Assembly (NCBI GenBank): GCA_951406725.2
Contig: OX597819.1
Location: 82,398,001-82,462,000 of the forward strand
Source: Octopus vulgaris
Lineage: Eukaryota
Length of the DNA stretch: 64,000 nucleotides
Reading direction: 5' to 3'
The position numbers and the translations under genes were made by a program. The notes below the pieces were generated by a model. The model searched no databases and was not told the origin of the DNA. It saw only the letters and a program-made list of their open reading frames with translations. The stretch's first letter is position 1; every line of letters starts with the position of its first letter. Shown piece by piece: positions 1 to 13,465 of this stretch.

Positions 1-19
1 TTTAACATAATAGCAACGT

Positions 20-190
20 TATATATATCATAATTCTTTTTGCTTCTCCTTTTTCATGCTTTCTTGGGTCTGATGAAATTTATTGGCCCAGATTTTTTTC
101 CTTTGGATGCCCTTCCTGTTGCTAAACCTCATCTGTTTTCATGCAAGTTAATATTTCCTCATGGCTGATATGTTTACATAGAATGGTAGA
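20..190 (-). mobile_element. Degenerate RTE-type LINE/SINE 3' tail fragment
   Basis: Reverse strand reads aggaagggcatcca...agcatgaaaaagg, the motif of the (GAT)n-tailed repeat that is intact at 33638-33792. Confidence 0.55.
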
Positions 191-289
191 AATGAAAGAA
201 ATTACTTAAATGGTAGTGATACAAAGATGAACAGAACATGGATAGGATAAAAAAAAATTATGCAAAATATTTAGCCAACTAAATCTAAG

Positions 290-790
290 AACTACAATTA
301 ACACTGACCTTGAAGAGGTGAATTTCCTTGGTATTAACATGAACCTTAGTGCAGGCAATTTTAAATCCTGCCATAAACCAAATGTGGATGCTTCCTACAT
401 CAACATAGGTTCCAACCTCCCACCCACTGTCAATCATAAAACAATTAATTAATAACATTAGTAGATACATTTCCAACCTATCCTCTGATTAAGTCACTTT
501 CAACAAGGTTGCCCCATACTACAATGCCACATTAGAAAGGTCCAACTTTAAGAATAGCATAAATTACACTGAACCAAATGAAGATAGACCATGAAGATGC
601 AGGTAGAGGAAAATTTTATGGTACAATCTCCCATATAATTTGAATGGAGCTACAAACATAGCTAGAAAATTCCTAAAACTAATAGATAACCACTTCTCAC
701 ATTCACAAAATATCTTAAGATCTTCAATATAAATATGGTTAAAGTTAGCAATAGCTGCCTCCCAATATAGGATCGATTATATTCAACCAC
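290..790 (+). mobile_element. Penelope-like element (PLE) relic: RT thumb and linker region, disrupted
   Basis: Manual translation gives SHPLSIIKQLINNISRYISNLSS...FNKVAPYYNATL...RKILWYNLPYNLNGATNIARKFLKLIDNHF...KIFNINMVKVSNSCLPN. This matches the PLE S.HPPSI..Q / WFNPPYS.NV.TN / KIFN.NTVKVSYSC pattern. Stops are present. Confidence 0.8.
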
Positions 791-829
791 AATAAAAATA
801 ACAATATTAGGAATATCCCCCAAAGAAAA

Positions 830-2410
830 TATTGGACCAACTGGTCCAAAACGAATAAAACTTCTGGAATATGGACAAACATTTACACCAGGTCCCAAAC
901 CAATCATGACAGATCTTATAAAAGATACTGAGGAATTTCCTAAAAAAATTTGTCTACAAAAATTCTTCCAAAACAAATATTATGGAAATCCATCACTTGT
1001 GACAGATTAAACAGGATTTAAAGCTCTGATAAACAGGAATAAACACTTAGAGGAATATATAATGTCTAAAAAGATCTGCAAACTCAAATATTCCAAGCCA
1101 GATAAAATCAAACATTACAAATGAAAAACAAAAATCACTGAGATGTCTACAAAAACACTCCTGAATGATCATTATAGAATCCAGCAAAGGAGAAGCCATT
1201 GTAATAATGGACAAGACTCATTGCTGGGAAATGGTCTTAGAACAATTAAATGACCAACATTTCAAAAAATTAGATACCAATGCAGATAAATGAACAATGA
1301 GTAAAACTGGTAAATTAATGAATTTTAAAATGACTCACCAAAAAAAGAAGTTGGATTACCTCACTAATTTTGAGGCAAAAACAAGTAAGTTCTATGTACT
1401 TCAAAAACTCCATAAATCTAAAGAAATCATTAACTGCTAAAAAAGCCTCTATACACCATATATAGATATCCCCAAATCCTCTAATCTAAAATTACATCCA
1501 ATTGCTGCAGAACCAGCATCCAGCACCCAATGATTAAGCAACTTGACATCATTTTGAAACTTTCATGCAAATTAATTCCTAGTTTCATCAGACTTCCTAA
1601 ACCATATTCCAGAATGAATAAAGAGACAATCCTTGTTACCTTTGACATAACCAGCCTCTACACAAATATCCATGGATCAGGATTTCAAGCAGTAGAATTC
1701 TGGAAAGACAAATATGCACAAAAATTCAGTAGAGATTCCCAAATGTATTTATACTTAAAGGATTACAGTTAGTTTTGGAAAACTTCTACTTCTTTGATGA
1801 CCAATATTATCTACAAAGATGCATAGTTATGGAAAATCTCAGGAACTATAATCTCCTACATTCAGCTAAATGATACCTCCCAATTCTACATCAATCATGA
1901 AATCTCTAACAAATAATTAAAAAAATCCTTAATCATCAACAGCGAAAGACAACCACTAAATTTCAAGAGACTTCTTACAAAGGCAAGATTCACATTGGAG
2001 AAAGAAATTATACAAGTAAAACAATCTGTTGAGACCCTTGTTGTGGCACATGTGTAATAAGTGAGCAAAGAACAACCAAAAGATTCAAGAATGGGAAAGA
2101 ATTGAAAGTAAATGCAAATATAAATTATAAAATAAAAAGCTACATCACATGCCCACAATGTAATGAGAATTGCAGTGAAGAAACAGGGACAAAATTAAGC
2201 AGTTATGTAAACATGCAATAACTAATTAAAAATTCATCTCTTAGAAATGTTCTATATAAGAATTTTAAATCCAAATTTAAACCCAAATAGTCAACATTCA
2301 AAATAGTCAGCAATTTAAGATATTCCCTTTTACAAAATATAAAATGAAAATAATAGACTATGAAAGACAAGAAAAGAATACTTTATAAAAATTCTAAATC
2401 TGAAACTAAA
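830..2410 (+). mobile_element. Second, internally deleted Penelope-like element (N-terminus, RT, GIY-YIG remnants), pseudogenised
   Basis: Fragments in order: LLEYGQTFTPGP; KGEAIVIMD; FYVLQKLHK; LKLHPIAA; ETILVTFDITSLYTNI (RT motif, ORF 1530-1772); CGTC; YITCPQCNENCSEETG (GIY-YIG-like). Many frameshifts and stops. Confidence 0.8.
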
Positions 2411-2427
2411 TCGGCAGTATATATTCA

Positions 2428-2640
2428 TGTTTGAGTGTGTGCGTGTGTGTGAATATACATATATGCATATGTATGTGTGTATGTATATGCATATGTGTAT
2501 TTATGTATATATATATAAATATGTGTATGTATGTGTTTATATATTTGTGTGTGTGTGTATATATATATATGTGTGTGTGCATGTATATATATGTATGTGT
2601 ATATATATATATCTGTGCATGTATATATATGTGTATATAT
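2428..2640. repeat. Compound (TG)/(TA) microsatellite
   Basis: Dinucleotide runs seen directly; they explain ORFs 2406-2786. Confidence 0.95.
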
Positions 2641-3058
2641 TCTTTTATTGTTTTATTTGTTTCAGTCATTTGACTGCAGCCATGCTGGAGCACCACCTTC
2701 AGTCAAACAAATCAACCCCAGTACTTATTCTTTGTAAGCCTAGTGCTTATTCTGTCGGTGTCTTTTGCAGAACTGCTAAGTTATAAGGATGTAAACACAC
2801 CAACATCAGTTGTCAAGTGATGGCAGGAGAACAAATAGACACACAAGCATATACATATATATATACATACACACACACACACACACATATATATATATGC
2901 GACAGGCTTCTTTCAGTTTCCATTTACCAAATCCACTCACAAGGCTTTGGTTGGCCCAACGCTATAGTCGAAGGCACTTGCCCAAGGTGCCACATTGTGG
3001 GACTGAACCCGGGACCATGTGGTTGGTAAGCAAGCTACTTACCACACAGCTACTCCTG
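2641..3058 (-). mobile_element. tRNA-derived SINE, family A (internal microsatellite), near full length
   Basis: Minus strand head gctgtgtggtaagtagcttgcttaccaaccacatggtcccgggttcagtccc carries A-box/B-box-like motifs. Colinear with copies at 35128, 41799, 51253 and 54458. Confidence 0.9.
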
Positions 3059-3934
3059 TGTCTGAGCTACTTACCACACAGCTACCATATTCTCTTTTAT
3101 TATGGACTGATTTTCTACTAAACAGTCCAATATCAACTAGTCATTAGAATATTTACTAATATGCTCTTGCCCAATTACAAGAAAATGCATTATAAAATAG
3201 TGTATATTTAAAATTATTATTTATTTTAGCTTATAGATTATTATTTCAGTAGACTTAACTGAATAACAAAGTATTGTGTTATTCTGGGATTATTTATTTT
3301 ACATTGGCTCTAAATAATTTTCCCAATAATGAATAAGTCTAAATTCTGGTTGGACTATTTGATATAATATTTGGATAGTAAGATTATAAGAGTTGGACAA
3401 AACAATTTGGAATATACAGCAGGTAAGCTATTGCCTGTAAGTGCTATGAAATATAATAACCAATAACATAGTTAACTTGATGGAACGACTTAATACCATC
3501 ATTAACTGTCTTCCTGACACTATTTCCGGTTTTATGATTCAAAAGCCTCCCATTTTGCAGTATTCATCTTGAATTTAAAATTTACTATCATAATTTTATT
3601 TGAGGTACTTTGTTAACATTCAAAACAACTACTTAATATAGCAATGAATAAAATAGTTAACTTCTCACTAAATTCTTCCAAATTCTTGATTATATTAAAA
3701 ATTAATTGGAAAGCATTTGTTTCACTAGAAATGGGGTCATAAAATTTTTAATGTACTATTTTTTAACGAGAGATGACTATTGTGGTTCTTGTAACTTGTA
3801 GACGTAGTCCTACAAGTTACAAGAATTTAAGAAGAGAGTTTGATGGTTTATCTTGAACTGATATTCTTGGAATATGTTCGTATGTTATAGCAAAAGTTAC
3901 CAACATGTAACTATGAAAGCAAAATCTTGTGGAA

Positions 3935-4135
3935 TACTTAGAGTATCAGCAAAAACTGCTTTGCAGTATTTCTTCTGGTTCTTATCACTCTGAGTTTAAC
4001 TTCTACCAGGCTGAACTTTACCTTTCATCCTTTTGGGTCAGTAAAATAAATACCAGTCAAATACTGGAGTCAGTGGCATCAAGTAATCCTCTCCTCTCAA
4101 AATTACTAGCTTTGGATCTAAATCAAACTATTACT
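3935..4135 (+). mobile_element. Degenerate SINE, family B
   Basis: tctgagttt...ctttacctttcatccttttgggtcagtaaaataaataccagt core shared with the young copy at 41233-41456. Confidence 0.7.
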
Positions 4136-5989
4136 TAAAATTACTAACAATATTTTAAAAATTTAAGCATTGAGAAAATCACCCTCCGCACACATGCATA
4201 TACCTCCTTAAATCATTTCTACATCTTGACCTCCCTTTTTTTTTTGTATAATATCATTGATAACATGATGTCTTTTGACCTAATTAGGCTTTTGCATTCT
4301 ATAAAATGTGTTCAATTAAATTTTTTAAATTGGCTATTTTAATCTTCAGAATTTTAGTTAGCCCATTCCTATATACTCAACAACAACAGACAAAATACAT
4401 ATGCTGTTAAAAAAATATGTTTATACACTAAAATATTTGTTTCCCGATAAAGCATATAGCCACAGTCCAATAACTGAAACAAGTAGAAGATGAAAGACAT
4501 ATCAATAAGTACATCATCCCTTACCTTTCCTTCTTTCCAATTTAATTCAGTCATGAATGTTCCATGTACTACATAGTATACTAGTTTTCATCCTCCATTC
4601 TTTTTCTTCTCAAGCATATCACATTTCTTTTCAGAACAGCTTAGGATGTTGCTGATTTAAAAGCCATTAGACAACCAACTCTGAATGAACTAATTAACAA
4701 GCTCAAATTCTAAGACTTTCTTTCACATCTTTGGAATTGTCTTTGGATTTCTCTAGAAATTGGTTTTGTTCTTTCATATTCATCATGGAATAATATAATA
4801 TGATATAGCTACATTGGCTAGATTGATCAGCTTTAAATATTTGAATCTGGATTAGGTGACTCTTTACTCTTTTACTCTTTACTCTTTTTAGGTGCAGGAG
4901 TAGTAATCTTCTTTTTTTTTTTTGATAATTTGAAGATGTGGCAAGAGAAATATTCATTTTCAACTATGTTATTTAATCATTAGAAATATTAAATAACATA
5001 GTTGGAAAAAAAATACAAAAAAAAATCTTATTGTACTAACTTTCTTCCGGGGCATAATAGTGTTTCCCATTAGCTGTGAAATGGTAGATATACATTAGTT
5101 TGAATATTGATGGAATGAACAAGCTCTTCTTAACTACTTAACAGTGCAAGTTTTGTTTAATTTATCATTTGCTATTTGCTGTAGGAGTTTATTGGATTAC
5201 ATCTAATTTGATTTAATATCCATATGCTATTTAAGAAAAAAAGTTGATTACATCTATTTTAGCACTAAAATGGCTTTCTACCACTGTGTAGATATTTTTA
5301 AAATCAATTTCTTGTGAGTTTTTAAAAGAACACATGTTTTTTAAAAATATTTATTTGTCATTTTAGAAAAAAAAAAGAATTTTTCAGTGATAATTATGTT
5401 ACTCTCTAAAAATTCCTCTTCAGAACATTGAATTCCACTGTTCCTAAAATAATTCTAGAATTTCTTAGATTTATATGATGAGTATTGTATGGATGCTCTT
5501 CTAATTTTGGTGACATAATTGAATATTTGTCATTGCTCTTGTGGTTGTCTCGCCTCTAGTCAAGAAGATATGTGATCAAAGCTATTTCAGCTGTGATCTT
5601 CCTGTCACATATCAGGGGCTACTGTGTCCTTTTTTCTTTTAGCATGGTATAGTGTTCAGAGAAAGTAACACAAACTTTAAAGTATAAAAAATGTAATTTT
5701 TTCAATGAGCTGAGTATATTTCAGTGCAACAATTTTCATTCATTGTTAATACCTTTCGAAACACTTAACTGTCAATACCAACATCTCTTTTTAAATCCAA
5801 TCAATAATAAGTATAGTGAAGTATAGAGGTTACTACCAAGTGAATTTGACTTGTTAATGTACTATGCTTTCAATAATTGTTTTAAGTGCCTCTTATATAG
5901 TTGTTAGGAAATATATACACCATCTCACCCACACTCACCCTTGACCCAAGATGTTACAGCTAGAAGGAAAGAGGCTGCACAAGTCATTA

Positions 5990-6095
5990 CAGTTGAGTAA
6001 ACTGGAGCAACATGAAATAAAATGTCTTGCTATCCAATCTTGGAAATGAACCCTCGGTTATATGATTATGAACCAGACACATTAACCACTAAACC
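5990..6095 (-). mobile_element. Degenerate SINE family C head
   Basis: tgagtaaactggagcaacatgaaataaaatgtcttgct is the reverse complement of the family C core at 20845-20890. Confidence 0.65.
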
Positions 6096-6649
6096 AGATC
6101 AATAGTTAACCTTAGTGATGTATTCTGCTGACTACAAAAGTCAAGCAATTATGTGATATAAATAAAATATTGATTATCTGCATGTAGTTTAGAGTTATTG
6201 TTTACTCAAAATATAAATATGCATGACATATCAAATATTTATAATATTTTACACCAGTCTTGAGAATTCACGAAGACACATGATATTTGATTTTATTTGT
6301 TCATAACATACTTCAAATATTTTAAACATATATATTTCTAAACAAGTTTCTTGTACTCTTCACAAACATACTTAGAAACAAACTATATAAAATATCCAAT
6401 ACTACAAACTGAAGTTGACATCTACTCATTATCATATTGCTATTGTGAAATATTTAGAATTATTGGCATGTCTGTTGTTTTCCATTTTGTGTTTTAGTTA
6501 GTTATTTTTGTATACAATAATTTATATTCACAAAATTCTCAGATCTGTCTGTCAGCTACCTTCTGCTTATTTATATCATGACCATGCTCCTACAGTTTTG
6601 ATACTTCCTTTCGACCATTAGCAGTGAATATAAATAGTTATTTATTATT

Positions 6650-7270
6650 GTCTTCTTTCACTGGTTTCAGTCATTGGACTGCAGCCATGCTGGATATTGA
6701 CTTCAAGGGTTTTATTAATCAAATCAAGTCCAGTTCTTATTTCAATTTAGTGCTTATTTTACCAATATCTATTTGATGAGCTGATAAGTTATAAATCTCA
6801 AAGGGGCACAATATAAACATAAACACATATATTCACACTCAAACATTATATGTATGTGTGTATATTTATGTGTGTGTATATGTATGTAAATGTATATATT
6901 TGTGTGTCTGTGTTTGTCCACCCCACCACCACCTGCAATGTTGTGCATATGCCTGGTGTACCCTTATCAGATGGGTAGTCATGATGGGTATACTAGGCTT
7001 CATATATTTTACCCCAGTGTTACTTTGATGGCATACACTGCTCTCTCACTCAATAATAATAATAATAATAATCCTTTCAACTAAAGGCACAAAGCCTGGA
7101 TTTTGTGGGGAGGGGAACAGTTGATCACATCAACCCCAGTGTTCCACTGGTACTTAATATATCATCTCTGAAAGGATGAAAGACAAAGTCAAACTTAGAA
7201 TGTTGCAACAGATGAAGTACCGCTAAGTATTTCACCCAGCATGCCAACGATTCTGCCAACTCACTTTCTT
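6650..7270. mobile_element. Cluster of SINE fragments: family A tail (-), (AAT)n-tailed fragment (+), family B (-)
   Basis: gtttcagtcattggactgcagccatgctgg at ~6665; ctctcactcaataataataat at ~7045; tgaaaggatgaaagacaaagtc at ~7170. Confidence 0.75.
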
Positions 7271-7599
7271 AGTAATGATAATAATATTAATAATAATGAT
7301 AATAATAATAATAGCAGCTCTATGATCAATACCACTCTAGCCACAAGCATCTCAACTCTTTTTCAGACACAATAAATGTAAGACCACAAAGATTATTGTA
7401 TCCTCCTATTGTATTTATAAGATAGTGGAGTGCAATTTCTTGAAGATTCAGAAATTATTTCTAGTAGGTCAAAGTGATTTGTTAATATTTACAACATTTT
7501 GTGCATATGATGTGTGTATGTAGTGTTGGTGATCTGTGTATGTCCTTGCGTGTAGAAAATGTTTTTCACAGGAATAGAAAAAAAAAGACATGAAGTTGG

Positions 7600-8780
7600 G
7601 TAAGCACTTGAAGTTTTTAAGAGGATTTCTTTACACTGACTTAGCTGGTTTCAAAATTTCATGACTTTCCAAAAATAATGTTAGAGAGAAAAACATGAAT
7701 CTCTTTACAGTTAATAAACTGCTTTACATCTAATTAATGTTGTAATGACCAGTAAAGATGGGAGTTAGATAGAACAAGGTCAGGAAAGTAGAGGGCACAA
7801 GGCAAAGCTTCCATATTCACCATATTTAGTGCCGTAATCTTTTTTCTGAGTGCCTTGGGAAATATATGGTCTTGCATTATCATATAAGAGCAACACCTTT
7901 TTATGATTGACCAAAGAGCACTTTTTTGGAAAACCTTTTTTGCAACACTTCCAACTGATGGCAAACTCCTCTGCATTAACTGTTTTGTTTTGGGTTAACA
8001 CTTCATCATAAATGATACCCTTTTTATCCCACCAAATACAAAGCATAACTTTTTGCAAGTGTAGTCCTGGTTTTGAGTGGATGCTCCTTTTTCATTTGGT
8101 GCTAGTCAATTTTGTTTTCATTGGATATGATTATAGAGAACCCACTCTTCATTGTGTGAACTGATTCTACCCAAGAAATGATTCAATAGTTGGTCTATTT
8201 TTCGATAAGCAGAAGGCAACTCTTTGATTAAGCTGAGAAGCAGTCAAATGATAGAGGAACCACTGACCAAGTCTAGACGCTTTTCCTAGTTGATGAAGAT
8301 ATTTTATGAATGAAGTGTGAACTGTTTTGCTAATTTTCTTGCAATCCAAAGTGAACTTTAGATTTTCCTCAACTACAGTTTTCAGAAGGTCAATATTGAC
8401 AGAACTTGGTCATCCAGATTGAGGAGAATCTGCAGAAAAAAAAAAGATTTCCCAGGCAAAACTGACCAAATAATTACTGGTATGCCTGGATACTTAAAGT
8501 TTCATTTCCTTGGACTGAACAAATATTTCTTGTCAATTACATAGCTGAAAGCCCCTCATGAATTCATACAACATACAGTGTGTGATACGGGTCTGATCTA
8601 AACTCATTTTAAAAGGGTAGCAACTATAGGAATTTAACCACTATGGTATAAAGTAATCTACAAATAAAGTACAACATTGAAATATAAAAATTAATGCTTA
8701 TTATACAATACATATTTAAAAAAGTACCCTCAGAGGGATTGTGTAAAAAATGTGACAATTCTCTCTTTCCAGCCTATACA
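7600..8780 (-). mobile_element. mariner (Tc1/mariner, D,D34D-type) transposon relic with degraded transposase
   Basis: ORF fragments GQWFLYHLTASQLNQRV (WVPHEL-like), KVMLCIWWDKKGIIYDEVL, LLLYDNARPY and LPCALYFPDLVLSNSHLYWSLQH (YSPDLAP-like) occur in the correct order. Termini uncertain. Confidence 0.9.
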
Positions 8781-10519
8781 CATGAATGTAAATGCACACA
8801 CACACATGTACACTTATGTACAGATATGGCTACTTCATTTTTTTCAATTCTCTGACTAATTTAGTCTCAAAACATTATATAAATTATTAAATTATTTAAC
8901 TTTGGGAATAATTGGAAATGGTTTAATCATATTTCATTGAGAATAGTAAACTTATGCCAAAAAATACCTTATTTAGCCTTATTAACTGTCTAAATTGACA
9001 CATAATTGTTAAAAGATAATTGTTGTTTTCTCATATGTAGCAACATATTAAAAACTAATTGAATAAAATGTTTATTGATTTTTACCGAGAAAAAGCTAAT
9101 TGAAAATGCAGCACCATATGTAAAAGTTAATGTGGCACAATTTTATGCTTAATTTACACTATTTGTTCAACTATTTGTGAAGATTATGATGTCATAAGAG
9201 CAAACTTAAAATATACTGTCACTGATGATGTTGTTTTGCTGAAAGTTATTAATTGATATTCATAAATGAACTAAAAATCTCATTAATATGAATTCAATCA
9301 AACAATGAATATTTTATACAGCCAACTTTTGTTTACATCATCAAATATGAACTTCAGTCCCACAAAAAAGAAAGGAAACTGTTAGCTGTATATTCACTAA
9401 GACAAATCCAATTAAATTGGCATTGACTTTGGATTTATTTACAGAAAATTTTATGAACTAGATGTTAGCAAACATAATTTGATATAATTTTTTGAACTAG
9501 ATGACACCAAATTTAGCTTAAAAACAATGGTACACATTAGAAAGCATATTTCAAATATATTATGTTAGTTAGAAATTGTATTTTAAATATGTTATTGAGT
9601 AAAATAGTGATAGTGAACACACATACTCAAAGAATGGTAAATTATAATATCCAAGTTATGCAAAAGTGAAAAAATTAATTTTCAATAATGATAGTTTAGA
9701 ATTTGGAAAGAAAATACTGCACTTAGTATTTCATGCTCTTCCCCACACATACACATTCACTTATACATCTGTATGCACATATATTAATTGCACCCCCTCC
9801 CCACAACCACAATCACATAAACACATAGCAACACTATGTATTATAGCTATTAAAGAGAATCAAATCCTATCTTTTTCTAAAAGGTCAATGAAGGTTGAAA
9901 ACATTTCTAATTTCAAAGTAAATGTTTACATTTTCTTCCATTAATTTATTTTAAGACTTTTCAGAACATGAACTAAATGACACCAAAGAAATTCAATAAA
10001 TCTATTTCAATATCTATGCTAAGATACAGCAGGCAAGGATTTGAAAGAAATAAAACTGAAACTTATTGTTATTAAGTAAAAAATAGAAAGTATCTGATAT
10101 CCCAAGAGAAGTAAACTAAAAAAAATAATTGTTTCAAGTTATATAATATTCAAACAGATAGAGATATATATGAAGAATTGTAGGTACTTCAGCCACACTC
10201 ACACATACATTCTCTCTATCTTCTCTCTCACTTCGGTTCTTGAAAAATATGGTTGATTAGTTGCTCAGTCAAATCATCAATATTTTACTTCCACTGATGC
10301 ACTGTTGAGCTCTGTAATCTAATTGACATTTCAACTGCAACAGCAGCTACTAGTTGTCATCTAAGCTTGGGGAACTGCTTCTTGGAACCTACTCACAGCC
10401 CTGTGGTGTTCTAACCCATCAAATTTCAAGTTGAAAACACTCAATTCCCTGTCTTTCATACTAAAACTAGTTTCCTCTTTGCACTTACATTTTAATTTTG
10501 CTATATATAATAGCTATTT

Positions 10520-10680
10520 TCATCTGTCTTTACATTCTGAGTTCAAATTCTGATGAGGTTGACTTTGCCTTTCATCCTTTCAGGGGTTTATAATATAAGA
10601 ACCAGTTGAACATAGGTAAATATAATCGCCTTACCTCCTCCCCTAAACTGCTGGTCTTGTGCCAAAATTTGAAACCATTA
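10520..10680 (+). mobile_element. SINE family B
   Basis: ttctgagttcaaattctgatgaggttgactttgcctttcatccttt...ttgtgccaaaatttgaaacc. Confidence 0.85.
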
Positions 10681-11904
10681 TAACAGCTATTTACAACTGA
10701 CATGAAGCATTAAATTTATACTAAATTTACCTAGATTGTTCTTATTTCCTTTGTCTGGCTGGTGAAAAAGTAGAATATTAGATGTGGGGGTAAAATAATG
10801 ATATTAATATTATTACTGAGACATATTTTGATAGACTTCTGGTTGTGTTTTTGTATTTTCTATTCTTTGTCTCTTGAGTTATAAAGATTTCTTATTTTTG
10901 AAATAAGATCACAAACACAAAGTACAATTTTTTAAAAGAAATTATTTTATCGATTCCTCGAAAAAATTGAGAGGCAAATTTAATCTCTGCAGGATTTAAT
11001 CACAGAATGTGAAATGATCAAATTAAATCCTACAAAATAAGTCTTACACTAGTGTTTTTGTCACTTCACTATCCTTATTTTCTCATAATTATTATTATCA
11101 ATAAGCTTATTAAATAGATTCAAAATTTTCAAAGTAACATGTTTGAAAAATCAGCTTTGACTAACAACTTGAGATGATGTGAGTTGCTATCAATGAACAT
11201 AATACAATTTCCTTTTAACTAAGACTTATTGAATAAGCCTAAAAATAGGGCCATTTATTTAGGTTGAAATGGCAGACCATGATATTAATGGAAGACACTA
11301 ATAATGGTAATAATGAAAAAAAATTAACTAAATGCTGTATCAACATTTCTGTAGTTAAATATATCTGTGCAGCAATATGTATATATTTGTATTTACACTA
11401 GTGTATTTGTGCAAATGTGTGTGTGTGTGGCAGACATTTGTCTGAAATTAATACATACTAATGTATAATGCATTGTAAAATGTGAAAATTGCCGTTAGAA
11501 AGATTACATTTATAAACCATGTATTTTCTTTTTTTATAAATTAAATGGAAGAAAGAATGGTTTTTGTAAAAAAAAAATTCTCTTTTTTAAAAAGAAACTT
11601 CATGTTTTTAATAATGTTTAAATAATTATGTATTTTTAAAGCACATGCTGTTACACACATATACACAATAAGTGAGACATCCTAAAAGACTAGCAATAGA
11701 GAAATAGTGTGATTTTTACAATTGCCATGTTAAAGTGTATTCAACCAATATTTAGAGGACAAAAGAACATACAGTCTTAGTGTGAAGATAAATTCATGTT
11801 GGACTCATGACATTGAAAGCCATCTAACTTCAATTCATACTTGCATTTCTTAAATTTGAGAGAAACATTAGTTAAAGAAAGAATATACTAAACAGAAGGA
11901 AAAT

Positions 11905-12078
11905 ATTGATTTCAAATTTTGGCACAAGGCCAGCAATTTTGGGTGAGGGGCTAAGTCAATTACATCAACCCCAGTACCTGACTGATACTTATTTTATTGA
12001 TTCTAAAAGGATGAAAGGCAAAGTCAACCTCAGTGGAGTTTGAACTCAGAATGTAAAGACATGAAATGCTGCTAAACA
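11905..12078 (-). mobile_element. SINE family B
   Basis: tttcaaattttggcacaaggccagc...aaaggatgaaaggcaaagtcaacctc...tttgaactcagaa. Confidence 0.85.
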
Positions 12079-12079
12079 T

Positions 12080-12502
12080 AGGTTTAGGTTCATTCCCATT
12101 GGATAGCACTTAGGGCAAATGTCTTCTACTATCACCCCAAGGCCAACCAAAATGTTTTGAGTGGATTTGAGAGACAGTGAAATGTATGTATGTGCATATA
12201 CATACACATGTGTGTATGTATGTAGGTGTTTGTGTACAGGGTGGTGTGCATGTTTGTGCCTCCTTGCCTTATCAAATGAATGGTACCCTCAAATAGACAG
12301 TGTTCTTCATTTCCTGTCTTCTGTGGAAAATATGTCCAGTCATCAAGAAATATTACCTTGCTTAGAAACAAGTGAAGAGTGGTAACAGGAAGAGCATCCA
12401 CCTGTAGAAAATCTACCACAACTTGCCTAACCCATGCAAGCATAGAATAGTGGATGTTAACACCACAACAACAATGATGACTATGATGATGATGATGATG
12501 AA
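12080..12502 (+). mobile_element. Composite SINE: family A head with RTE-like (GAT)n tail
   Basis: ggcaaatgtcttctactat...gagtggattt head, internal microsatellite, then ggaagagcatcca...cccatgcaagcat and (GAT)n. Confidence 0.75.
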
Positions 12503-13299
12503 TTATCTTGATGACATCTGATGAACTTCACTATTCATTAACTGTTTAATGAACAGTTATTAATGGCCATAAGATTGATCATTTACCGAAGTCAGTTTAG
12601 TTTTACAGGGCCAGAATTTGGACATAAGTCATTACAATATAAGAGAGTTGAGAAACAGCTCATAATGAGGGGGAAATTTCTGTAAGATCAAAGTAACTAC
12701 TTGTGCAACTTTTGAATGATGTCTGCAAAATGTTTTCTTTTGAAAACTATTACTTTATAAAATGTCCTGTTATTTTTTAAAAATAGATTATCTCCTAATA
12801 TAAATGAGTGTGTGTGTGTTGTGTGCATGTGTATTTATATGTATTTATGTGTGTTTGTATTGTAGTCAAGTGAGTTGCTGAAACTTGTTAAAATATAGCT
12901 CTACTGACCAAAACATCATAAATTTAAGAACATTAGGTATAAATGTCAACACTCAGCATAGTCGTCTAAGTTTTGGTTTTGATTTTATGATTATAAGCTA
13001 GAGTTGTTGTGAGTCAGTAGCTAAGGCATGGAATCGCTGACCCAAGGCTCATAACATTTATTTTTGAATCACCTAATACTGATTGAATCTTTAAGCATAT
13101 TCTTTGTCTTTATTAAAAGCAACTAAAATTAAAAGCAATATATTACATATTTGAATAATTGATGTTTAAGAAATATCAAAAATAAGCTCTGTATTTGGAA
13201 AGTAGATTTAGATATAGAATTTACAGAAATCAAAGAAAATGGATAGAAAGCTTGAAATATTTCAGCTAGAAATCAAAGCAATTAAATCCATAAAAGAAT

Positions 13300-13465
13300 C
13301 CTGTACATTCTAAGAAGTGGTTGGCAATAGGAAAGGCATCCAGCTGTAGTAACCATGTCAGCAGACACTGGAGCTTGGCACAGCCCTCTGGCTCATTAAT
13401 TCATATCAAACCATCCCATATCAGTATGGAATAAGGGATGTTAAATGACAATGATGATGATGATT
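13300..13465 (+). mobile_element. RTE-like LINE/SINE 3' tail
   Basis: gtggttggcaataggaaaggcatccagctgtag...gttaaatgacaatgatgatgatg. Confidence 0.8.

Noticed and set aside
2406-3121. Recurring peptides such as SVSIYQIHSQGFG...NPEPCGW (also 35161, 41834, 51417) that look like a small gene family
   Set aside because: They are antisense translations of SINE family A.
4369-4963. Two minus-strand ORFs (86 and 61 aa) suggesting a gene fragment
   Set aside because: No recognisable domain, low-complexity composition and no convincing splice framework.
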